Made by a program: the position numbers and the translations under genes. The notes beneath the pieces were generated by a model that had not been told where the DNA came from, searched no databases, and was given only the letters and a program-made list of their open reading frames with translations. Source: a virus. From it: a DNA stretch of 64,000 bases. Location: positions 1 to 64,000 of IMG/VR virus record IMGVR_UViG_3300004881_000001. One strand, 5' to 3'. Of the stretch, positions 18,160 to 25,224 are shown piece after piece. Position 1 is the stretch's first letter; each line of letters begins with the position of its first letter.

Positions 18160-18285
18160 ATTTACTGTTTTTTAGGTACTTCTTAGCTGCTTTTTTGAGT
18201 TTTTTATTAGGCCCTTTGTTTTTCCTAATAGCTTTTAGAAACTTTATTAAATCCTTTTTACTAATCTTTATCATGTCCACATCTG

Positions 18286-18498
18286 TTATCTAATATCCAC
18301 TAACCTAACTAACATTTTTTGGGCTACTCCTTCCTCAAAAAGATATTGGCAATCTTGTTTAAAAGCCTTCCACCAACTATATAAATACATCAGTTCTTTT
18401 ATGAATTTTTCATGATATCCATAGTCTATAGTAGATCCTAGAAATTCTTCTTCTACATAATCTGTTAAGATTTGGAAACAAGCATGCAACATTATCAC
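18286..18498 (-). CDS. hypothetical protein (70 aa)
   Basis: ORF track. Confidence 0.5.
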   Translation of the reverse strand: MIMLHACFQILTDYVEEEFLGSTIDYGYHEKFIKELMYLYSWWKAFKQDCQYLFEEGVAQKMLVRLVDIR

Positions 18499-18556
18499 GT
18501 CTCTATCTATCCAACCCTTGTTTAAACTATCTATTTTTAATTTCCTCGTATCTTTC

Positions 18557-18760
18557 TTATTTTACGTAAGCCCATTTTTTAACCTCAACAACACGATGAC
18601 TATCATTATCTCTCCACATATTAAAATCGTTATAGTAGACCGTCCTAATTGTGCCGTCTGTTAGTTCCGCTATGACATCGACAGATCCGAGAAGGTGGGA
18701 AGGATCCTTCTTAGGTGTTTTGTTCCTAGGTTTATGCCACTTTAGTTTTAACTTACTCAT
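18557..18760 (-). CDS. hypothetical protein (67 aa)
   Basis: ORF track. Confidence 0.5.
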   Translation of the reverse strand: MSKLKLKWHKPRNKTPKKDPSHLLGSVDVIAELTDGTIRTVYYNDFNMWRDNDSHRVVEVKKWAYVK

Positions 18761-18761
18761 G

Positions 18762-19253
18762 CTATCTTTGTCTATATTTTACTCTAAAATCTCCTACCTG
18801 AAATACGAGCGTGTAGTTAAAAAAACCTCCTAAAATACCTATAGAATGTACAAACTGCTTCTTCCTATCGGTACTATTCTGAAAAAACATCATGTAAGGC
18901 TCTAAATAAAGCCCTTTAGTATATCTATCCTCCACTACCCCTAATCTAGCCCCAAACCCAAAACCAAACCAGTCGTAATTAGGGGACATATTTGCCATTA
19001 AATCTACTCCAGTAACTTTATATTGATTGTCTTTTATATCAAGGTAAGAAAGGTTATGCTTATGAAATATAGAGATATACACAGCGTCTCTAACTTCTAA
19101 TCCTAAACCTAAGCCTAAATCTAAGCCGTACTTATTAACTTGAGCAATCCCATTACCGTAAACCGTAATCTTTTTAGATAGATGTTCACCTTGGCCCCAC
19201 GAAACTAACCCTAAGAGAATAGATAAGACTAACGTTGTTAATATTTTTTTCAT
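18762..19253 (-). CDS. secreted, outer-membrane-beta-barrel-like protein, paralog 2
   Basis: Signal peptide MKKILTTLVLSILLGLVSWGQ; alternating-hydrophobicity segments; shares GLDLGLGLGLEV / GLYLEPYMMF / HSIGILGGFFNY blocks with 19255..19743. Confidence 0.55.
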   Translation of the reverse strand: MKKILTTLVLSILLGLVSWGQGEHLSKKITVYGNGIAQVNKYGLDLGLGLGLEVRDAVYISIFHKHNLSYLDIKDNQYKVTGVDLMANMSPNYDWFGFGFGARLGVVEDRYTKGLYLEPYMMFFQNSTDRKKQFVHSIGILGGFFNYTLVFQVGDFRVKYRQR

Positions 19254-19254
19254 T

Positions 19255-19743
19255 TCATTTATTTTTAATTTTTAATACCTCTAAGTATATACTATAAGTG
19301 TATGTAAATAACCCCCTATAAGAACCTACGGAATGGGTATAAGTTAACCCTTTCTTAGAATTTCTTAAGTAGGCTACATAAGGCTCTAAGTACAAACCTC
19401 TATTTTCATTTAAAGTAAACCCTATCCTTGTACCGAAACCTATAGCGCACCAGTCCCAATAACATAAAGTTTGATAGCACACATCCCCCGTAACTAAATT
19501 ATAATGATTAAAAGAATTTTCAAAACTATTAGTTGTTTGTTTGTACAGTACTGATACATAAAAAGCCTTGTCTACGGTTAACCCTAAGCCCGCCCCTAAA
19601 TCTATACCGAACTCATTAAACTGAACTGTCGGGTAAACATATAAAGTATTTTTCTTCCTATTAGGTATAAAAACGTAGGACTGAGAAAATGTATCTACTA
19701 CCACAAAAAGTATTAGTATCAAAGCAACTACAAAAGATCTCAA
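19255..19743 (-). CDS. secreted, outer-membrane-beta-barrel-like protein, paralog 1
   Basis: Signal peptide MRSFVVALILILFVVVDTFSQ; GIDLGAGLGLTV / GLYLEPYVAY / HSVGSYRGLFTY blocks. Confidence 0.55.
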   Translation of the reverse strand: MRSFVVALILILFVVVDTFSQSYVFIPNRKKNTLYVYPTVQFNEFGIDLGAGLGLTVDKAFYVSVLYKQTTNSFENSFNHYNLVTGDVCYQTLCYWDWCAIGFGTRIGFTLNENRGLYLEPYVAYLRNSKKGLTYTHSVGSYRGLFTYTYSIYLEVLKIKNK

Positions 19744-20033
19744 GGATTTCCTCCCCTATTCTTCATACTATTCTCTTCAACCACGGCTTCTTTAAACTCT
19801 GCCAATAGTCTCTGTATCTCAGTTTTTATAGCTCTATTAGCGTAATTTCTGTATACCCACGTACAAGTAAACCCTGTTCCTAGAATTATCATATTATAGT
19901 CTCCTCTCTCTATACTTTGCAACATAGCAGCAGCTCCTATAGTAATCCCTAAAATTAACAAGGTTTTACCTACTATAGACCTATTTTTAACGTTAGCTAT
20001 ATTAGCCTCTATTATTTCTTTTATTAATCTCAT
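19740..20033 (-). CDS. membrane protein (97 aa)
   Basis: ORF track; ATGA overlap with the downstream gene; hydrophobic GKTLLILGITIGAAAML. Confidence 0.55.
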   Translation of the reverse strand: MRLIKEIIEANIANVKNRSIVGKTLLILGITIGAAAMLQSIERGDYNMIILGTGFTCTWVYRNYANRAIKTEIQRLLAEFKEAVVEENSMKNRGGNP

Positions 20034-20034
20034 A

Positions 20035-20217
20035 TTACTTTATTTTTTTACGATGAGGTACTTTAGTAAATGTCCAACCTTCCCAGTTAAAAGGAAATTT
20101 TTTAGTCTTTAAAGAATGGTAGGGAAACTCTGTATGTTCCCTACAACACTCTGTTAATGATCCCCACGTCTCTGTAATCTCATCCTTAGTTAGGACTATG
20201 ATGTTATCTCTCTTCAT
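20035..20217 (-). CDS. hypothetical protein (60 aa)
   Basis: ORF track. Confidence 0.5.
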   Translation of the reverse strand: MKRDNIIVLTKDEITETWGSLTECCREHTEFPYHSLKTKKFPFNWEGWTFTKVPHRKKIK

Positions 20218-20232
20218 AGATCTTTTTTTAAA

Positions 20233-20469
20233 TTAGTCTCTCACTTTCTCATACGCCCTAGACAGGGGGTTGTAAACTACTTGAGTATTAATTAAGCAGC
20301 TATCTTCCATTTCTAAAGTAGTGTGGTTCTTAGTTACTAAGGTACTTTTACCCTCCACTACAAAGCTCTCTGTAGACTCTGGGTCTAGGTTGATTATATT
20401 ATCCGCTCCCACCACAAAATGACCTTCATCTGAGGACGGGGCAACATTTACTTTTTTAACTGTTTCCAT
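20233..20469 (-). CDS. hypothetical protein (78 aa)
   Basis: ORF track; about 28 nt downstream of a class B promoter. Confidence 0.55.
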   Translation of the reverse strand: METVKKVNVAPSSDEGHFVVGADNIINLDPESTESFVVEGKSTLVTKNHTTLEMEDSCLINTQVVYNPLSRAYEKVRD

Positions 20470-20497
20470 TTTTATCTATTTTAAATTATTTATTTGA

Positions 20498-20528
20498 ATA
20501 TACAACTTATTTTTATAATAAACAAACT
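20498..20528 (-). promoter_or_regulatory. class B promoter (copy 2)
   Basis: Identical 31-mer to 18129..18159; TTTG-N20-TATATTCA. Confidence 0.6.
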
Positions 20529-20531
20529 TTT

Positions 20532-20924
20532 CTAATACTCATAAGTCAATTTATTAAAATATTCGTCACCACTTATTGTCACAACGTCTTCTACCGCCTT
20601 CTTACTAATTGTTTTAAGCGTCTGAGTACCTTTCTCATCAAATACAGTAGAGAATCGTTCTCCTTGCCTTTGTATATACTTTATATGGTCCCTCAACGGA
20701 CCTCTTAAACTGTTTTCCAAACTTCTAGTCTCTATAAACTTCTGAGCAGCCTGTTGAGAATCCACAAAAACTATTTCAGGTTTATCAAGTTTTAAGTACC
20801 TACTATAAACCCACTCAATACCTTCTCGACAAGCTTGTTTATCAATACCTTCGTTCTTATGAAATAAATCCAACCACTTTTGTTTAGTGATCTTCATTAA
20901 TTGTTCCTCTTTTTTAGTTTCCAT
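20532..20924 (-). CDS. hypothetical protein (130 aa from ATG 20924; the track extends to 20972)
   Basis: ATG (METKKEEQ) lies 1 nt after the upstream stop at 20926. Confidence 0.55.
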   Translation of the reverse strand: METKKEEQLMKITKQKWLDLFHKNEGIDKQACREGIEWVYSRYLKLDKPEIVFVDSQQAAQKFIETRSLENSLRGPLRDHIKYIQRQGERFSTVFDEKGTQTLKTISKKAVEDVVTISGDEYFNKLTYEY

Positions 20925-20925
20925 C

Positions 20926-21306
20926 TTAATCTTTAAATTTAAATCCTTTTTTAAGTTTGTCGCTAATTTCATCTACAGCGGTTTCGTGCATATCATTAGC
21001 TTCATCATCTGCGTCTATCTTATCTATACACCAATCAGATTCAAATACAATCTGCCTCGTAACATCCGCATCATTAAATCTAGCATCTTCTTTTTTAGTG
21101 TGGAAAGCCATAGTCTCAAAATATCTGCCTGGCCCTACGGTATCATAGCCAAACCCTTTAAAATTTCTTTGTAGCCCTACAGTGCTAACAACTATAGATA
21201 CTTTACCATACTGTAGGAGAGTGTTTCTTCTGAATAGACATCGGTGCGCACAAATATAATGCCCTCCCCAACCACGCTCTGTTCTCTTTAATTTCTTATT
21301 TCCCAT
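20926..21306 (-). CDS. hypothetical protein (126 aa)
   Basis: ORF track. Confidence 0.6.
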   Translation of the reverse strand: MGNKKLKRTERGWGGHYICAHRCLFRRNTLLQYGKVSIVVSTVGLQRNFKGFGYDTVGPGRYFETMAFHTKKEDARFNDADVTRQIVFESDWCIDKIDADDEANDMHETAVDEISDKLKKGFKFKD

Positions 21307-21315
21307 AATTAATTT

Positions 21316-21346
21316 TAAAAAAAGCCTTAAGATAACTCCTAAGGCT
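21316..21346 (-). terminator. intrinsic terminator
   Basis: Minus strand: AGCCTTA-GGAGTTATCT-TAAGGCT followed by TTTTTTT. Confidence 0.55.
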
Positions 21347-21355
21347 TCTGTCTAA

Positions 21356-21490
21356 CTAAAACCCCACTTCAGACAAATCTGCCTTAGTGGCTTTTCTCCA
21401 ATCACCGTTTTCTAATTCTACCCAAATCTCTGTACGGTAGAACCGTTTCTTCATTGTAAATTTTCCTGTTAATCTTTTCTTTTTCTTCAT
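21356..21490 (-). CDS. small basic ORF (44 aa), own call
   Basis: Own translation: MKKKKRLTGKFTMKKRFYRTEIWVELENGDWRKATKADLSEVGF; bracketed by a class A promoter and a terminator. Confidence 0.3.
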   Translation of the reverse strand: MKKKKRLTGKFTMKKRFYRTEIWVELENGDWRKATKADLSEVGF

Positions 21491-21508
21491 AGCTCCAATC
21501 TTATACTA

Positions 21509-21539
21509 TAAAGATACGATTTATTTTTCTAATTTCCAA
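21509..21539 (-). promoter_or_regulatory. class A promoter (minus-strand copy)
   Basis: Minus strand: TTGGAAATTAGAAAAATAAATCG-TATCTTTA. Confidence 0.5.
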
Positions 21540-21542
21540 CTA

Positions 21543-21983
21543 TTATTCATATAAAATATGAAATAATTCATAAGGGTCGTCTCCCCTGTCTGAGAACACC
21601 TTCCAAATTAAATTTATATCTAATTTAATCCGATCGTTATGCTCGAAGATTATGAATTTAAACTCATTTCCAATAATTTTAAGAACTATATAGTTATTTA
21701 CGTTAGTTTTTAACTTCACTAATTTACCGTATTCCCTATCTGGGTCATATAGATAGAGTCCTAACCCGTCCTTACAATATTTCCAACCTACGGATACGGG
21801 ACAGCCTAAGTCCCTAACTACTATTTTATTTAAATCTCCAAAATCGTTGTGGTTACAGTAGGAAGTGTCGTCTAATTTAAGTGAGTCAAAATACACCGCA
21901 AACACATAAGTATTAATTGAGTCTGTTTGGGCTACTACAAGCGATGTAATAGCTAAAAATATTATTGTTATTATCTTCTTCAT
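21543..21983 (-). CDS. secreted protein (146 aa); paralog family with 28961..29494
   Basis: Signal peptide MKKIITIIFLAITSLVVAQ; shared YC.D.L.LYLY and PY.LF.L blocks. Confidence 0.55.
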   Translation of the reverse strand: MKKIITIIFLAITSLVVAQTDSINTYVFAVYFDSLKLDDTSYCNHNDFGDLNKIVVRDLGCPVSVGWKYCKDGLGLYLYDPDREYGKLVKLKTNVNNYIVLKIIGNEFKFIIFEHNDRIKLDINLIWKVFSDRGDDPYELFHILYE

Positions 21984-21987
21984 AATT

Positions 21988-22054
21988 CTAATTTACATTA
22001 AATATATCATAACTCCAAATAAAATTCATTAAAACAGAATTTTACTCGGTCGTT
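21988..22054 (-). repeat. promoter-plus-hairpin repeat, copy R3 (67 nt)
   Basis: 65/67 identical to 7571..7637; hairpin 22020..22044; -7-like TATATTTA (21999..22006), 15 nt upstream of ATG 21983. Confidence 0.8.
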
Positions 22055-22064
22055 AGCATTAATA

Positions 22065-22712
22065 CTAACCCCACTGGTTGGCAATAGCTTCTGCCATACC
22101 TTTAAATGTTTTACTTCTTAATGTTCTTAAATGTTCTTTGCTTGTTGCTTGGGCTAAACATTCATAAATCCAAGTAGCTTGTCTTTTAGTTTTACCAGTT
22201 TTTTTATCTACCCACTCTTTAAATTCTCCCTTTTCAACCACATTTGTATGCTTTAATTTTGGTAAGTTCTTTAACCATAAACAAGTAGCTTTACTCGCTT
22301 TGTCGCCAAAATGATAAGGATGTACTATTTGGTCAGGTTTTCTTATTTGGCTACTAATTACGCTCACAGGGTTTTCAATAGCTATTTTTTCTATTGGTAC
22401 ATCCATTAATTTTCTAACAAAATCAAGTGCATCTTCTTGGTTTTTCTTTCTAACCTCATTTATTACTTTATTGCCATTTTCGTCTTTCTTATACATAGCC
22501 CAAGCACCTGCTACACTTAAATATGTACAAGGTGGGTGTGCTATCATCATATCCCAACCTTTATCTATCACTTCAAAAACATCTTGTTGGTAATGCCATT
22601 CAGGATGTCCTCCGCTACAAGGTAATAAATCACAACTGTATGCTTCGTGTCCTAATTTTCTAAATTCTTTTGTTATTGCTTGGCTCTCTTCACAAGCTAC
22701 TAATATTCTCAT
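22065..22712 (-). CDS. C5-cytosine DNA methyltransferase-like protein (putative)
   Basis: Motif IV-like HPPCTYLS (PC dipeptide), motif VI-like IENPVS (ENV-like), C-terminal FKGMAEAIANQW. No canonical FxGxG SAM loop (ILVACEESQ instead). Confidence 0.4.
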   Translation of the reverse strand: MRILVACEESQAITKEFRKLGHEAYSCDLLPCSGGHPEWHYQQDVFEVIDKGWDMMIAHPPCTYLSVAGAWAMYKKDENGNKVINEVRKKNQEDALDFVRKLMDVPIEKIAIENPVSVISSQIRKPDQIVHPYHFGDKASKATCLWLKNLPKLKHTNVVEKGEFKEWVDKKTGKTKRQATWIYECLAQATSKEHLRTLRSKTFKGMAEAIANQWG

Positions 22713-22747
22713 TCTATTTAATTTATTCGTTAATAATCCGTACTAAT

Positions 22748-22797
22748 GCTAACAACGTATAAAGTGCATTAAAACGCACCATACACAATGCGTTAGC
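22748..22797 (-). repeat. 50-nt GCTAAC...GTTAGC bracketed palindromic element with conserved-loop hairpin
   Basis: gctaacaacgtataaa-GTGC-attaaaac-GCAC-catacacaatgc-gttagc; lies between the stop of 22803..22958 and the start of 22065..22712. Confidence 0.75.
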
Positions 22798-22802
22798 AAC
22801 AA

Positions 22803-22958
22803 TTACTCGCTGTTTAAGTAATCATCAACTACCCCCTCTTCTACTTCTTTGTCAAGGTTTCCATACAGCCCCCCTGCGAAAGCAAGTAACAGTTCCCTTT
22901 GGTTGCTAACATTGACTAAATCAAATTCTTCGTTACAATCTTTACAATACCAACTCAT
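22803..22958 (-). CDS. small ORF (51 aa), own call
   Basis: Own translation: MSWYCKDCNEEFDLVNVSNQRELLLAFAGGLYGNLDKEVEEGVVDDYLNSE; stop followed 5 nt later by GCTAAC. Confidence 0.35.
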   Translation of the reverse strand: MSWYCKDCNEEFDLVNVSNQRELLLAFAGGLYGNLDKEVEEGVVDDYLNSE

Positions 22959-22974
22959 AATCTTAATTTTAAAT

Positions 22975-23397
22975 CTACCTATTATACGAAATTTTTTCCT
23001 TTAACTCCACCCAAGCTCTACATGCTACTATATCTCCCGTAAAAACCGTTTTGTTTTCTATTACTATTTTATATAGCCCTGTTCTTAACTCTTCTATATA
23101 CAGTTGCTGGTTTTCATCTTCAAAAACATCGTCAATTATGAGTTCATCATGACTATTTTCACTCATTTCTTTGGATTTTTGCCTCCAACCTTCTCTAGGT
23201 TTTTTAACCCTTTCTTTGTCCTTCTTATAGTCTAGATACATAAGCCTTACTATGAGAATACCACAAGTAATCCCACACAATCCAGAAATACCTAATAAAA
23301 CCCCAGACTTAATTAGTAAAGCCGCGGATTGGAGTATAATAAATCCTCCGAAAGTAATTCCAGATATATTAGTTAAAATTTTAGTTTTATTTCTCAT
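22975..23397 (-). CDS. membrane-anchored protein (140 aa)
   Basis: ORF track; two N-terminal hydrophobic segments. Confidence 0.55.
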   Translation of the reverse strand: MRNKTKILTNISGITFGGFIILQSAALLIKSGVLLGISGLCGITCGILIVRLMYLDYKKDKERVKKPREGWRQKSKEMSENSHDELIIDDVFEDENQQLYIEELRTGLYKIVIENKTVFTGDIVACRAWVELKEKISYNR

Positions 23398-23429
23398 ACC
23401 GTCAGTATATAACTTATTTTTATTAATTC

Positions 23430-23987
23430 CTAATCCAATATTTTAATCTGAAGTGAAATATCGTGAGGAGCGTATTCCCCGAGAGCCTTATCTCCGTAGT
23501 ACAACCACAATGTATACCCCTGACACTTACAATCGTTAGCCTCCATCTCCACATGAACCCCATCTACCCAAAAGTGGTACTTATCGCCCTTTCTAGTTAT
23601 TAACCCTCGAATAGGAGTGTCTAGAGGTATAGACTTTATTGTTTTGTAATCTCTTTTCTTATTGGTATAGGTGTATGTTTTAAGCTCTAACTTTTCGCCT
23701 GTCCATCTGAACCCTACTCTAGCTGAATTTACGTGGTGGAAATTACCGCAGTCGGAAAACCCTATTAATTTCTGAGTGTCCATCTGATTTTCAGGCAACC
23801 TCGTCTTATATTTAGCTGTATGATTAAAAATAGCTTCAAACTCAATCTTACAGTCATTTATTAAACGAATGGTATTAACAGATCTGTTTTCGCCTTTTTT
23901 AACTGTAAATATTTTATATTCATTCTCAAACTTGTTACAGGAAAATAGCAGAGGTAGTAGTATTACCCCCAGAAGTAGCTTTTTCAT
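23430..23987 (-). CDS. lipoprotein (185 aa)
   Basis: MKKLLLGVILLPLLFSC|NK lipobox. Confidence 0.6.
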   Translation of the reverse strand: MKKLLLGVILLPLLFSCNKFENEYKIFTVKKGENRSVNTIRLINDCKIEFEAIFNHTAKYKTRLPENQMDTQKLIGFSDCGNFHHVNSARVGFRWTGEKLELKTYTYTNKKRDYKTIKSIPLDTPIRGLITRKGDKYHFWVDGVHVEMEANDCKCQGYTLWLYYGDKALGEYAPHDISLQIKILD

Positions 23988-23997
23988 AGTTTTTGTT

Positions 23998-24537
23998 TTA
24001 TTTTTGGTATGTTTCTGGGTGGATAATTCTTCCAGATAGGTAGCGGCGAATTATTATAGGTTTTATTACCTTAAGAACCCTTTTCTCTAAATCTTCTAAC
24101 GTACCGCTGTTAGGAATTACAAAATCAGCGTAATCAAATAGATTAAAACCAAAAGAATCTCCTTCTAGAGGTTTTCTAGGATCGTACACTCCTACTATAT
24201 AATCAAATAATTTTAGAGATAGAGCGTCCTCAATCTGGTCTTTAGCTCTCATTCCTATATACATATCAACTTTTTCAAGTATACTTTTAGCTAATCTAGA
24301 TGGGTCTTCTTTACAATAGTCTGCAATGAGATTGTACCATTCTTTCCTGTGATTATACCTATCTTTAAAGCATTCTTCAGAATTTTTATATCCGTATTTA
24401 CCTTTAAGCTCTTCGTATATGAAAGTATCACAAGCATATTGAGATGAATTTGTTTTTGTAAGACCTATATGGTTTGTAATCATAGCGGCTATAGTGTCTT
24501 TACCGTGTCGGCCATGTCCTATTATTAATAATTTCAT
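23998..24537 (-). CDS. P-loop kinase, dNMP-kinase-like (T4 gp1 type)
   Basis: MKLLIIGHGRHGKDTIAAMI resembles the T4 gp1 N-terminus MKLIFLSGVKRSGKDT. Confidence 0.55.
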   Translation of the reverse strand: MKLLIIGHGRHGKDTIAAMITNHIGLTKTNSSQYACDTFIYEELKGKYGYKNSEECFKDRYNHRKEWYNLIADYCKEDPSRLAKSILEKVDMYIGMRAKDQIEDALSLKLFDYIVGVYDPRKPLEGDSFGFNLFDYADFVIPNSGTLEDLEKRVLKVIKPIIIRRYLSGRIIHPETYQK

Positions 24538-24546
24538 ATTTTTTGT

Positions 24547-24738
24547 TTATTTAGTCCAGCCACAATTTCTACAGTGGGTAGGATATTTACTTCCTACGTT
24601 ATTCTCTACAGTACTCCTGCATTGAGGACATTGAGTTGTCTTAAAACAATCTTTATATTGTGTGGGATGTTCTTGGAAAAGTTCTTTCAACTTTTTAGCA
24701 AATTCTGATTGGCCGTAATGTTCTCTATTGTTTTCCAT
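24547..24738 (-). CDS. zinc-ribbon protein (63 aa)
   Basis: CPQC ... CRNC cysteine pairs. Confidence 0.55.
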   Translation of the reverse strand: MENNREHYGQSEFAKKLKELFQEHPTQYKDCFKTTQCPQCRSTVENNVGSKYPTHCRNCGWTK

Positions 24739-24739
24739 T

Positions 24740-25171
24740 TTATTCCTCGTTTATATAATTTTCTAATTCTGGTGAAGTGTAGTCTTTACCTATAAAGTAT
24801 TCATTACCACTTTCATCTATATAATATAGTGTTGTACTTTGAATTTCTTTAACTTTAATACTTGGTTGGTGGGAGTTACCATAGAGGTCTACATCCCTAA
24901 CAACTTCTACCTCAACTTCATCGTACTCTACGTTAAAAGAAAACGAATCATCTCCATCATCTACTATAAAAGAAAGGCCGTAGTCTGTTTCCTCAAAATG
25001 TCCCCATTTATTAGCTAGTACATCCTCCACAGAGTAATGGACTAAGCCTTCTAGCTTCTCTACAGGACTACCTTCCATAAACTCTCCTTTAGAATTTACC
25101 TTTCTAAAAAAACCATCCTCTCCTTTAACTAGAAAGTCATTTGTGCCGTCTTTTATGATTATCAGTTCCAT
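24740..25171 (-). CDS. hypothetical acidic protein (143 aa)
   Basis: ORF track; about 23 nt downstream of a class B promoter. Confidence 0.6.
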   Translation of the reverse strand: MELIIIKDGTNDFLVKGEDGFFRKVNSKGEFMEGSPVEKLEGLVHYSVEDVLANKWGHFEETDYGLSFIVDDGDDSFSFNVEYDEVEVEVVRDVDLYGNSHQPSIKVKEIQSTTLYYIDESGNEYFIGKDYTSPELENYINEE

Positions 25172-25194
25172 AGTTGTTGTTTTAATATACTACA

Positions 25195-25224
25195 ATATAC
25201 AACTTATTTTTATAAAAACAAATT
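25195..25224 (-). promoter_or_regulatory. class B promoter (copy 3)
   Basis: Minus strand: AATTTGTTTTTATAAAAATAAGTTGTATAT(TGT). Confidence 0.55.

Noticed and set aside
18158-18274. Very small minus-strand ORFs that I translated in gaps: 18158..18274 (38 aa, K-rich), 26779..26907 (42 aa, hydrophobic) and 33099..33203 (34 aa).
   Set aside because: - They are short and compositionally trivial.
- Each overlaps a promoter motif or lacks one.
- They are noted as possible, but the evidence is not enough to list them as features.
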